Positions 24,201-35,796 of a stretch of DNA of 64,000 nt are shown here, one piece after another. Position numbers and translations under genes: made by a program. Source of the DNA: Gekko japonicus (Eukaryota). The notes beneath the pieces were generated by a model that worked only from the letters and a program-made list of their open reading frames with translations, made no database searches and was not told the origin of the DNA. Where the stretch lies: positions 80,221 through 144,220 of the forward strand of contig NW_015162511.1 in assembly GCF_001447785.1 (NCBI RefSeq), given 5' to 3'. The first letter of the stretch is position 1; the number at the start of each line of letters is the position of its first letter.

Positions 24201-27200
24201 CACAATTCCCCTATCCTTTACCCTACACATGCCCTAACCAGTGCTCCCTCTAAGCTGAGTTAGTGTGAGCTAGCTCACAGTTTTTTAGCCTCCAACCTAC
24301 ACATTTTTGTCTTGGCTCCGGAAGGATGGCTCCAGAGCAAATTAACTGATGCAGTAGCCCAATTGCTCACTCACAACTTTAATGCCAGTAGCTCACAAAG
24401 TAGAATTTTTGCTCACAAGACTCCACAGCTTAGAGGGAGCATTGGCCCTAACTGGTCTTGTTCTAAGGCAGGCTCTTTAACTTAGAAGTTAATGTTCTAA
24501 AAACTTCCCATGACTTTGGTGTCTTTGTCTAGGCAGGCAGCCCTTTGTCTGCTGCCCGTGGCGTCAGCAGCCATCAAGATAGATATGACAGCTCCCACTT
24601 TCAGATGGAACCAACCAAAATGAACCGGCAAAAATGGACCCCTCTCCCTCTGTGCAAAGGGATTTTATCTCTTTTGTTTTCCCACCCCTTTTGTGGGTCA
24701 ACTAATCCTTTCCTGAAATCTCCAGGAAGATACAATCTAGCCTCTTGCAATTCCAAGCCGCTATGCCAACTTCTAGGTGTCAGATTCCAGCTACGGAAGT
24801 ATGATCTAGCCATTTCATTGTGACTGGTCAGGATAGTCATTAGCATTTCCAAAACTCTGGTGGCTGGTACCTGGGGAATGCTTGGGAGCAAGTGACTTCT
24901 CCCTTCCTGCTTGTCTTCCATGAGGAGAAAGAAAACTTTTTAAAACTAAGTGTGGGTTTTTTGCCAAGCCCAAGCCCTGAAGTAAAAAGGTATTTCCCCA
25001 CACCATACCACTGAGGAAAATTCAGATGCTCCTTGAATTATGAATTAAACAGAAGTACTGAACTGGATAGCTCGGGCTAGCCTGATCTCATCAGATCTCA
25101 TAAGCTAAGCAGGATCAGCCCTGGCTAGTATTTGGATGGGAGACCTCCAAGGAATACCAGGGTCATGAGGCAGAGACAGGCAATGGCAAATCACCTCTGA
25201 AAGTCTCTTGCCTTGAAAACTCCACCAGGGGTTCCCATAAGTCAGCTGTGACTTGATGGCAAAAAAAAAAAAAACCTTAGGGAATTTATGTTGGTTAGTG
25301 GAGCATGTGACAGAATTTCAAAAGAAAATTGGCTTGTGTTTCAGAGATTACAGCAAAGCTTTTGACTGTGTGGATCATGAAAAGCTTGGGTTGGTTTTAA
25401 AAGAAATGGGACAGAATGGTTCCCAGTTGGCAAAGATGTCAGACAAGGGTGCATTTTATCTCCGTTTCTCTTCATTCTATACGCAGAACATATCATAAAG
25501 GAAGATGGAGTGAAAACTGGTGGACGGAACATTGACAAGCCGAGATATGCAGATGACACCACATTACTGGCAGAAAACAGTGAAGACCTGAAATGATGAC
25601 TGATGATGTTTAAAGCAGGAAGTGCCAAAGCAGGATTACAGCTGAACATCAAACATCAAGAAGACAATAGTAATGACTACCGGGGAATTACACAATTTTA
25701 AGGTTGATGCTGAAGAAATAGAAATGGTTAAAGATTTTCTATTCCTTGGCTCAGTCATCAACCTAAAAGGAGACTGCAACCAACAAACCAGAACGAGACT
25801 GAGACTGGAAGAGCAGCCATGAAAGAGCTAGAAAAGATTCTTAAGTGTAAGGATGTGTCACTGGCGACCCAGATCAAGATAACTCATACTATAGTATTCC
25901 CCATTACTATGTATTGGTGTAAAAGTTGGAAAATGAAGAAAGCTGCCAAGAAGAAAGTTGCTTCATTTGAAATGCGGTGTTGGGGAGGAGAGTATTACAG
26001 ATACCACAGCCCACCAAAAAGACAAATAAATGGGTTCTAGATCAAATCAAACCTGAACTCTCCCTAGAAGCTAGAATGACCAAACTGAGGCTATCGTACT
26101 TTAGTCACATGAGAAGACTCACTGGAAAAGATAATAACACTAGAAGAAGTTGGAGGCAGAAGGAAAAGAGGAAGGCCCAACATGAGATGGACTGACTCAA
26201 TCAAGGAAGCCAGGGCCCTCAGTTTGCAAGACTTGAGCAAGGCTGCTAATAATACGACATTTTGGAGGTCATTACTTCATAGGGCCACCGTAAGTCAGAA
26301 GCAACTTGACAGCACTNNNNNNNNNNNNNNNNNNNNNNNNNNNNNNNNNNNNNNNNNNNNNNNNNNNNNAACTCTATTAAAACCCCAGAGGTACAGTAAA
26401 GGGCACACACATTAAAGTGCATGTGATGACCTAAATAGCACCTGGGACCAACCAGGGAGAACAGAACACAAAACCCTTCACATCTAGAAAACCTACTTGG
26501 TGACTTTCAGCAGTCGCCAGAGCTATTTTTGGGCAGGAACGCACAGGAACGGAGTTCCAGCTGGCTCCCAAGTTGACCACGCCCAGCAGGAACTCATTAG
26601 CATAATAGGCCACACCCACAAGCAGAAACTCATTAGGATTGGCTACATTAGGGGTGTGGCCTAACATGCAAAGGAGTTCCTGCTACGAAAAAAGCCCTGG
26701 GTTTTGACAACAAACAAGGTAAACAGAATAAGAAGCAAAAGGTGGGTGTGGCTGGATGACTATACTTCTGGTAACATGGGGGTGCGGCCTAATATGCTAA
26801 TGAGCTATGCTCTCATGGGTGTGGTTAGATATGCTAATGAGTTTCTGTTGTTGGGTGTGGCCTATTATGCTAATGAGTTCCTGCTGGGCTTTTTCTACAA
26901 AAAAAGCTCTGGCAGTCGCTATGATCAGCACCTACTTTACAGGGCTGCTGTGAATGTTACATTGGGGAAAATCTCACACAAGCTGCCATGAGCACTTTAG
27001 AGAATGGATGAGATATCAATGTGAAGAATTATTATTATAAAGGGTTACCAGGTTATTCGGTACCTTTCCCTGTATCCTTCAACCCACCTTCTCTTCTGCT
27101 TTGCCAGGACCACTTTGGATACCATTAACACTTAGAAAGAAGGCTGGTAGCACCAGCCAGTATTTGCTACGGACCCAGGCTGCCTCCAATCTGTTGTGTC

Positions 27201-30200
27201 ATCTGAACATGAGTACTTGGGATTCCAGCACGTCCAATCCAAATGCAGGTGCTTCAACAACTTTAGACTGAAGACTTCCAAAAGCAGGAAGTCCAGTCTA
27301 CGTGAGGAAGGAAGCACATGAGCCTGACAGTAAATGAGGTTTGTGCTCAAAACAAGCACACTTGTGATGTCTGACTAGAGCCCCAGATTTAGCTGGCACT
27401 AGGGCCAAACAGCATTCCCAAACTCCAGATTTAGCTGGCACTAGGGCCAAATAGCACTCCAAAACCATTGGGGACTTATCTGCCTTGATCTGGAGCACGT
27501 ACCCGAGAGACTGGCATTATCCTCTCTTTGCTGTCCTTTCTTCCATTCTCTCTAAAGAACAGAAACAGTAACTGCTGTGCTGACATCTTCATAGTCATCA
27601 GGGCTAAAAACTTATCGATATATAAAATATAAACAGATATAAACAGAACGCTGAACTTCATGCTTGCCGTGACATATTGCTCCTGCCAAACTGTAGCAGA
27701 TAGCACAGGCTTGCATTAACCCACACTGATATCACAGCCAAGAATGGCGTGACAGCACATACAGACCAAAGCGTATCAGCCAAAACAATGGTATTTACAT
27801 GAAAGGAAAACATCCACTTAAAAATAACTCGTAACTTCTATGCCAATGTAAGACAACCCCCTTTTCTGATGACATATTTGTGAAAAATCCCAGTCCTGTA
27901 TTTAATACTGTAGTTCCTTAAATCCGGGACAGTATCAATGACTTCTCCTGAACCATTTAAGCTCAGGACTAACGCTCTCGGGACCATCTGTCTGGCTACA
28001 GGCAGGTCACAGGCTTTTTCTGTGGTAGGAGCAGTCCTTTGAAATGGCTAATCACGTGGGTGTGGCAGATGCCTTCACCTTCTTCAGGAAGGTGTGTAGA
28101 ACAGCTTTATTTCAAAGGGCATCAGGTGATGGGGAAATGGTTTGACAGATATGGCTGCAGTTTTCATCTTGCTGATTTATTGGGTTTTTAAAAATGTTTT
28201 TGCAACTTACTGCTTTGCTAGCCACCTTGAGTCCAAGGAGTTAAGGCAGGATATAAATATTTCAAATAACGAAGACATAAACAAAACTATTCATCAGTTG
28301 CATGGCACACAGCCAGGCAATATTCTCTCACTCTGAGGGAACATTCAGGATAGAGGCAAACGTAGAGCAGTCAGCCATGGAGGGAATTTTTAGACAAGTG
28401 GGAATGTGGGCCAGTTGGTAATACTGTCCTCCCTCATCATCAGGGTGGATCCTGCTGCTTTTGGCACTACCCCAAAAGAATATGGCTACCTTCGTAGACT
28501 CTAGAATCAAACTGAAGCATCTCCTATTGTTCTGAAGGAGATCATCTGCAAGGGTTTCCTCTCTCCTAAGCATAGCTGCACAGGACAGGCAGGTGACATG
28601 GAGGCATTCTGAGAGCAAGATTGTGGTTGGAGAAAGACAGAACATGCCCAGGCAGCACTCACCCTCCAAAGCCCCCGTGTGCCTTCCTGCTGGTAGATGT
28701 CAATGAAGCTGTGAATCATTCCACCTTGGAACAGGCTGCCCTGTGCTTGCATTCGGATCTAAAAGGAGAGCAAGAGACACAGCAGCGAGTGACTTTCCTA
28801 GTAGAGAAGCAAACACAGTTCCTGAACATTTAGAACACCAGCACCAAACAAAAATCATTGTTTGGGAGACCAACAGACTAAGTGTACATATTTTCAACTG
28901 GGTCAGGAAGGATAAACCTAGACCAGGGGTGGCCAAACTGTGGCTTGGGAGCCACATGTGGCTCTTTCACACATATTGTGTGGCTCCCGGCAGGGCAGCT
29001 GGGGAAGCAAAGGGGAGGCATGCCTCCCCGATTGGTCCTCTTTTTCCCAGCCAGTGCTCCCCTCCCTGGGTAAGCTTGAGGTGTGTGTGTGTGGGGGGGG
29101 GGAGCAGAAAGAAAGCAACTTTAAATTTAAATGTTCTCAAAGCCCCCCCCCCAAAAGCCTAGAAATATCACTATAAATAAATATTATCAATATCCGTTTT
29201 TACCCCCTTTTGTTTTTATTTATGGCAGTCTCATTTAATGGTAATAAAAAGCCAATCTGCATATTTTTCAATTAAAACGTGTGTAATATTTGTTCACGTC
29301 ATGCGGCTCTCAAACATCTGACATTTATTCTATGTGGCTCTTAGATTAAGCAAGTTGGGCCACCCCTGACCTAGACTGCTGTTTCACACCTTTCAATGCC
29401 ACTTATCACAAACACACACACACAATTACATGAATCTGCTGAACTACACTAACACAGCAACTGAGCAATATAATATTCAGCCTTTCTTTGCCTATCTGGT
29501 GGTCTTAGGGATGAACAGTATGAGACACATGAAGCAGCAGGTACAGCAGTGCTAGAGCCTTGGGGAACATGACAATGTAGCATCTGTAGGTCACAGTGGG
29601 AAAATATTGGCCAAGAAAGTAGCAGGCATTTAGTACAGGAAGCCCCTCTTACCTTCAGCACATCTGTCGGATTTGCCAGTGTAGAGGAGATCACCCCTGA
29701 CACCACCCCACAGATTACATTGATCAGTAACGTTTCATCTGCAATGAGGAAGAAGATATTTGGGATGGACTTAGAAACCAAGACTGTGTGCTTGAGGACA
29801 ATATCAGAGTAGATTTCAGGAGGGAAAACAGAAGGCAAGGATACACCACTATACAAAGACCAACTGCTCCTATTTTCCAGCCTCCTCTCTCCTGGGTCTA
29901 AGATATTGAGGACAGCATTGTGCGATTTCTGCAGCTTAGCATATGAGAGTAAGGGAGTGGACTCAGTGCAGTTATCTCCCTCTGAAGGAAAGCCACCCAC
30001 TCCCCATGGCCACATCCAAAGAGCTTTGGTAGTGGGGATTCTACTGACACCTGGAACAACTATCCCAACACAGGGGGAAACAACCCCAGCAAACTAGATT
30101 AGGTTATTAGTCCAGAACAGAAAGGCCAAGAGTTAGAGCAGTTATGCTGGGAAAGGGCAGTGGTACTGACCGCAGCACTCTCCAAAGGAGACCGGGTCAC

Positions 30201-33200
30201 TGGCTACCCTGGGCCTGCAGGAAAACAAACATTTAGGACATAGTACCCAGAAGCACAGAGACCACAACACAGCACATTTGACACAGGAGCAGACAGAGGA
30301 ACCCGTGCTGGGGAGTGGAAAGAAAAGCTAGGAGGTATGCTTGTTGGTTTCTAATCAAGGAATGATTGTTGACTGTCGTAGGTTTTAGAGTCAGTCCTTC
30401 TCCAGTCGGTATCAGTGGTTCCATCTGTAATGTGAGAGCAGCACCAATGGGTGCTTAAGAGCAACAGCACCGAGCTGTAAGTTTCTAAAGGAAAACGAGA
30501 CATCTGAGCTGCTTTGGCATTCAGTCCTGATGTGCAGAATGTGCTGCAGAGTTTGCTAGAAATGGATCAAGAGACGGCTAAATAGCAGAAAGTTGCCTGA
30601 ACGAAGACTAGAACTTTCCTGGCTGCAACAACTTGCCCAGTTCTGAGAAGAAGTACTTTTCTCACACTCAAAGACACTGCAGATAAAGATACAGCAAGTA
30701 AGTGGAGACAGACAGCTGTTAGCTCAAAAGGTTTTCATCTTTAAGGTATTAAAAAATCGATACTCTATGGCACCTATAGATGTAATTTCCCTGTATCTTA
30801 GTGTCCACACTGAGGATATAGAACCCAAAGGCACAAAAGGAGAAAGCCCAAGCAGCATATAGGAGGCAACCAGCTAAACAACAAGAAATTATTTATACAG
30901 TACCATCAACAAAGTACTTTACAGATTAAGTTTTTAAAAAGCACTGACCTTCCAAGCGATCCACAAACAGCCGCTTCAAGCTCTGATATATGCCAATCTT
31001 TATGGTGCCATAAGATGCTTGTCTTAGCAAGGCTGGAGCAATTCTGCAGCAGGAGAGGAGGAAAGACGGCTTAGACTCATTCAGCAGAATAATGGCACTG
31101 CTGCTCCACCCATATCTCAACAATCCAACTTAGACAGATACAGGATCCAAAACCTCAACCAAAAGGTTAGGGAAAATAGCTGAGGTGTTCTAGGGGAAGA
31201 TGTTATATGAAAAGTGGAAGACTTTACCCAGAGTACAGTGCTAGCACGCCTTCCTCCCTGTAGATGCAAAACAAGGCATGGAACATGCCCCTGTATTTGA
31301 TCTCTCGGAAACGGGCATCGATGCTTTGGCCTTGAACCTGAAGTCGTGTTTTGGTGAGATCCACGGGGAAAGTCCCTGCAACAGAAGAGAGGCCGCAGCT
31401 CAGACAACACAGTTGTGGCTATGAACGCAGGCGACTGTGATTCCACTCAACAGAACACTACCCATTTCCTTTGTGTTTTGCTTCCTGGGACATTAAGAGA
31501 GTTGCACAGTTCATGGAAACATCATTCTTCGGGCACCAGCCCATGTGTAATTCTTATGCGCACTCACCACTGGATATGTAACTGTGTCTGAGAAGCAGTG
31601 TTTTGCAGCCAAGGGGACAATGGGGTGAGTTTTCTTTAGCTGGTTAGAAGATAATGAGAGAAGGATGGTATGCTATAGAAGATGAATGCTCTTCTGCAGG
31701 TGCAGTGGTTAAGAGCACCAGACTCTAATCTGGAGATCTGGGTTTGATTCCGCACTCCTCCTCCACATGAACCCTGCTGGATGACCTTGGGCCAGTGACA
31801 GTTCTCTCAGAACTCTCTCAGCCCCACCTACTTCACAAGGTGTCTGTTGTGGGGAGAGGAAGGGAATGTGATTGTAAGCTGTTCTGTGACTCCTTAAGGT
31901 AGAGAAAAGTGAGGTATAAAAACTACTCATCAAATGGGCCCATATACCTGCTTTGTTCACTTTGTGGAATGGCCTGCATAAGGAGGTCAGGAAAGCTCCA
32001 CTCTCATAGATTTCTGCAACGTATGCAAAACTGAATTATTCCAAAGCGTTTTTCAGTGCAGGCAACAGACCTGCACTATACTAAATGATTCACACCGTTA
32101 GTCAGACAAATTATTACTGTTTACAGCTTGTTAAAACTAGGATCCTACTATGGAATTTTACATCATTTAACATGTCATGTTAATATTTATGCTTTGCTTC
32201 ACTTCTGTTTTTAGACTTCTAGTTGGTTTTACAACCCCAATCCTATTGCATTGTTTACTGAATGTCCCATCTGTTTATTTTATTGACTCCGCCCTGAGTC
32301 CAAGTGAGAAAAGCAAACTATAAATATAACTAAATGAATAGCAAAAATTATGTAATGAGTTAAACTTGTCTTTTCAAATGGTATAAGCCACATTGAAAGA
32401 CTGGCTGGTCAAAAAGTAGTATATAAATCTAATAAACAAAATAAAAACAAATATCTAATAGTGACACATGTATTAGAGTGGGATGCAAGCAAGCTCATGT
32501 ATTTTGTTTTCTTCCTACAAAAACGGTTTGTGCTAACTTCAGCCACTCAGACTGAAGCATTAAAATTGATTTGCTCCATTTCTCCAAGGAGCTCTGGTGG
32601 TGCCAATGAAGTCCTCGCATTTCTCCAAGGAGCTCTGGTGGCGCTAATGAAGTCCCACTGAGCGTCTTCTACTCAGGTTCTGGCCACAGCTAAGTTTACA
32701 AAGTGTCAGAAATGGAACCACAACAGGCATATTTTGATCTTTCTTTGGAAACCTCATTTTACTTTGAAGTACTGGCAAACTGGCCACTTTCCAAAATGGG
32801 TGCCTTACATGTGCGTGGCACAACCACAAACCATTCCACTGCCAAGAAATGTCATATTTAACCTGGCACAGGTAAAGCCTCACCAACACTACACCCTGCC
32901 AAAAGTAAGCAATTCTACAGAAGTGTTGCCATCTTGATAGCAGGGTTTCTTAGCCACTACAATATGGTATCTGTGTATCAGGGTGTTCTCCAGTTCAGAT
33001 TCATCAAATTTGGTAGGTGTACAAAGATAAGTCATGCCATGCTTCTGCAGTAATACTCACCTATACTGAAGGGCTGTCATAATGATTAGTGAAATAATGT
33101 ATGAGAAATAATTTGAACATTCTAAAGTCCTATATACTTTTTCATATGTCACAATTATATACCGCCTTTCTCCCAATGGTCTCAAGGTGGCTTACAATCC

Positions 33201-35796
33201 AACACCTCACAGGTGGGGGAGAACAGGATGGAAGAATGATATAAGCAAATTTTAATATCACTTTTTTATATTGTTATATAATGAAATTAGAAGAAGAAGA
33301 GAAGAGATTGGATTTACACCCCGCCCTTCATTACCCAAAGGTGTCTCAGAGCGGCTTACAAACTCCTTTCCCTTCCCCTCCCCACAACAGACACCCTCTG
33401 AGGTAGGTGGGGCTGAGAGAGCTCTTGACAGAAACTGCTCTTTTTTCAAGAACAACTCTTATCAGAACTATGGCTTGCCCAAGGTCATCCAGCCAGGTGC
33501 AAGTGGAGGAGTGGGGAATCAAACCCAGGTCTCCCAGATTAGAGTCCGTGCACTTAACCACTACACCAAACTGGCTGGCACCAAACCACTACACCAAATT
33601 ATATAACTATCCTGTGGAACAGCCAGCAGTGGAGACAAATGCCAAGTTTGTCATTATTATTTGAGGGAGAACCCCCCCCCCGAGGCTGTTCTAGGTAACT
33701 TGCAGAGGCCAACATAATACTTTGCATTTCACAGCCTTTTAGGCCCACCGTCTGCAACTTTTGCAATGAGGTACCACTAATACCTGCTAGTTGCCTGAGC
33801 ATCCCATGATAGCCTATGAAACACACTCAGCAGATTCATGGCTAACTGTTCTTATGTACAGGCATTAGACAAGACAAACCCACATTTTCAGAGAGGCACA
33901 CCACTGAATAACAGTTACTAGATACCAAAAGCAGGGGAGGGCTGTTGCTCTTGTCTCCTTCTAAGGTTCCCAGAAACATCTAGATGATCAAACAACTGGG
34001 TGCTGAACTAAACAGACCTCTGGTTTGAACCAGCTAGACTCGGATATCCTTAATGGAGTGCAGTGAATCCGACATTAGACAAGTAAGCTGTATTCGAATG
34101 TAAGCTTATGACACAATAAATCTAGTCATATTTAAGATACCAGAATAGACTTCATTGTTGTTTTCACAATAAAAATTTAACTGTGTTAACTGTTAGCCAC
34201 CTCGGTGGCCCTCACTGCACAGAAAGGCACTGTACAAATTTTGTAATTACATGACTAAAGATATGCTTGTGCACACAAACACAAATCACCCACAAAGTCT
34301 CAGCCAAAAAGGCTCTTCTAAAAAAGCTGACTGAGAAATGTGTCAGAACAATAAAGCAATCATAAACCCCAAAGCAACAAAACAGCCACCTTAAAACCTT
34401 ATTTAAAATAGCCTACTGCAGCATCAAAACCAGATCAGTAAGATGCTCAACACAGCATGTATAATCAATAAAACACATCTACAAAAGCAATGAGAGAAGA
34501 GGGAAAACTAACTGAAAGGCTGAGAAAAGAGGAACTTTTCTTGTCTTGCATCTACAATGGAACAGACTAGGTGCAGCATGAATTGCTATGAAAAGAGTTA
34601 CAAAGATAAAATACCAATAGGGAGAAGGCCTGTCTCTGGTAACCCCATTTGCTTTCTGAAGGGGGGAGACGTAACAAAGAAGGAAGGTTTTAATTGAATA
34701 GTAAGCGCTACTCAATTTTTATCCCACCCTCCATTTCTGAGGGGCTGAGGTCAACATATTCTCTATTTCAGCCTCGTGTTCAGTGTTCCCTCTAAGCTGA
34801 GTTAGTGTGAGCTAGCTCACAGTTTTTTAGCCTCCGGCTCACACATTTTTGTCCTAGCTCAGGAAGGATGGCTCCAGAGCAAAAGAATTTATGCAGTAGC
34901 CAATTCGCTTGCTCACAACTTTAATGCCAGTAGCTGACAAAAAAATAATTCTTGCTCACAGGACTCCACAGCTTAGAGGGAACATTGCTCGTGATAACCC
35001 TGAATGACTGACTCAAGGTCACCTAAGGAACTCCACTGATGACCAGGATTTGAATCATGAGACAACGCAGAGTAATGGTTAGAGGGACATACGTGGTTCA
35101 AACCTCACTGCACTCTGTCAGGTCAGCTGCTATTTCCCTCAACCTAGCCCACCTAGCAGGGATGTTGTGAACATAAAAGCAGAAGTGGGTAGAATCACTG
35201 ACCTTTTCTCGGAGAAAGGGCAAAATAAACACATAACAAATCCTAGAGATGCTCATATGGGAATAACAACATATCCACATACGTGCACGTTGCTTTGCCC
35301 TAATCATCTCTCTAATACTGAAAGGGGAGAACTCACGGCCCCCTCCCCCCAATAGACTGCTAGGGAGAAAACGTGCAGCAGTTAAGAGTGTCCGACAAGG
35401 GCCTAACCCAATCCCCACTTGCCATGACCTTTACTGGGTGACCGCAGGCCAATTCTTCTCAGCCTAACCCACCCCACAGGGTTGTTACGAGGGTAAAATG
35501 GAGGAGGGGAAGAGATCCATGTGCCTGCCCGGAGCGCCTTAGAGGGGACTCAAGCGCACTGAACAAACGCACCCACCCAGGCCTCCTGAGAAACTCTGGA
35601 AGGGAGCCCAGAGGCATCTGACTAGGCCGTTGCTAGGGCCCGGGAAGGGGGCGTGGCGTGTTGCCCGGTAACGGCAAGGGGCGGGGCGGGGGCGCGCGGG
35701 AGACCTGGCTCGCTTCTTATAGTCTCACCCACCGAACTCAGCCACGAGCGATGCCAGCCCTCCGTACACGAACGGCTTCCAGCTCAGCGCCGTCAT
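18209..35796 (-). CDS. SLC25A14: Brain mitochondrial carrier protein 1 / UCP5, 9 coding exons, 290 aa
   Basis: Exons 35796-35733, 31375-31228, 31043-30949, 29738-29653, 28758-28663, 22032-21908, 20090-19955, 19343-19263, 18250-18209. All introns are GT-AG with consistent phases; total 873 nt. Protein [44 protein letters not shown]...NPTDVLKIRMQ...[12 protein letters not shown]...[13 protein letters not shown] has three PxD/ExxK/R carrier motifs. Diagnostic residues and neighbours (GPR119, RBMX2, RAB33A) favour SLC25A14 over SLC25A30. Confidence 0.95.
18251..19262 (-). other. U12-type (minor spliceosome) GT-AG intron of SLC25A14
   Basis: 5' splice site GTATCCTTT (19262-19254). Branch site TTTCTTTAAC (18270-18261) ends 10 nt before the acceptor junction, with no polypyrimidine tract. 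Confidence 0.9.
19263..19343 (-). CDS. SLC25A14: SLC25A14 coding exon 8 ([27 protein letters not shown])
   Basis: ccccag acceptor, U12-type donor GTATCCTTT, 81 nt. Confidence 0.93.
19955..20090 (-). CDS. SLC25A14: SLC25A14 coding exon 7 (SSFTCGLAG...DGLVK)
   Basis: atctag acceptor, GTGAGA donor, 136 nt. Confidence 0.93.
21464..21669 (-). mobile_element. hAT MITE family A
   Basis: Same family; perfect TSD cccgtaat. Confidence 0.85.
21908..22032 (-). CDS. SLC25A14: SLC25A14 coding exon 6 ([21 protein letters not shown]...THF)
   Basis: tggcag acceptor, GTGAGT donor, 125 nt. Confidence 0.93.
22431..22716 (-). mobile_element. Squam3-like SINE
   Basis: Reverse complement of the 10741 copy, with (AAG)n tail. 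Confidence 0.8.
23127..23388 (-). mobile_element. Sauria SINE, 5'-truncated
   Basis: (AAAGGT)n tail and reverse body sequence. Confidence 0.8.
24239..24444 (+). mobile_element. hAT MITE family A
   Basis: Same TIRs; perfect TSD gccctaac. Confidence 0.88.
25060..25274 (+). mobile_element. 5S rRNA-derived SINE with RTE-like tail
   Basis: gcctgatctcatcagatctcataagctaagcagg...tagtatttggatgggagacctccaaggaatacc matches the 5S internal control region; RTE-type 3' tail followed by A-run. Confidence 0.8.
25280..26316 (+). mobile_element. Degenerate RTE/BovB-clade LINE, 3' portion
   Basis: Remnant RT motifs [14 protein letters not shown] and [11 protein letters not shown], followed by an RTE-type C-terminus and tail; many stops and deletions. 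Confidence 0.85.
26518..26911 (+). mobile_element. Non-autonomous hAT element with internal inverted arms
   Basis: TIR CAGAGCTATTTTT / AAAAAAAGCTCTG; perfect TSD gcagtcgc. Confidence 0.82.
27383..27465 (+). repeat. 42-bp tandem duplication
   Basis: ccagatttagctggcactagggccaaa... twice. Confidence 0.85.
28663..28758 (-). CDS. SLC25A14: SLC25A14 coding exon 5 (IRMQAQG...RGLWR)
   Basis: ttttag acceptor, GTGAGT donor, 96 nt. Confidence 0.93.
28924..29368 (+). mobile_element. Non-autonomous hAT (Charlie-type) element
   Basis: TIR CAGGGGTGGCCAAAC / GTTGGGCCACCCCTG; perfect TSD acctagac. Confidence 0.88.
29653..29738 (-). CDS. SLC25A14: SLC25A14 coding exon 4 ([11 protein letters not shown]...NPTDVLK)
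   Basis: ttgcag acceptor, GTAAGA donor, 86 nt. Confidence 0.93.
30949..31043 (-). CDS. SLC25A14: SLC25A14 coding exon 3 ([17 protein letters not shown]...RLE)
   Basis: ctgcag acceptor, GTCAGT donor, 95 nt. Confidence 0.93.
31228..31375 (-). CDS. SLC25A14: SLC25A14 coding exon 2 ([13 protein letters not shown]...LYSG)
   Basis: ttgcag acceptor, GTAAAG donor, 148 nt. Confidence 0.93.
31700..31930 (+). mobile_element. Squam3-like SINE
   Basis: Same family. Confidence 0.75.
32577..32657 (+). repeat. 41-bp tandem duplication
   Basis: catttctccaaggagctctggtgg...aatgaagtcc twice. Confidence 0.85.
33289..33575 (-). mobile_element. Squam3-like SINE
   Basis: Same family, minus strand. Confidence 0.8.
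34781..34987 (+). mobile_element. hAT MITE family A
   Basis: Same TIRs; TSD ctcgtgtt/ctcgtgat (7/8). Confidence 0.85.

Noticed and set aside
27072-27079. Second U12 donor GTATCCTT
   Set aside because: It is on the strand opposite SLC25A14 and has no associated exon or branch site.
27383-27465. CRISPR-like repeats (also 32577, 55914, 533)
   Set aside because: Two-unit tandem duplications without spacers, in a eukaryotic genome.
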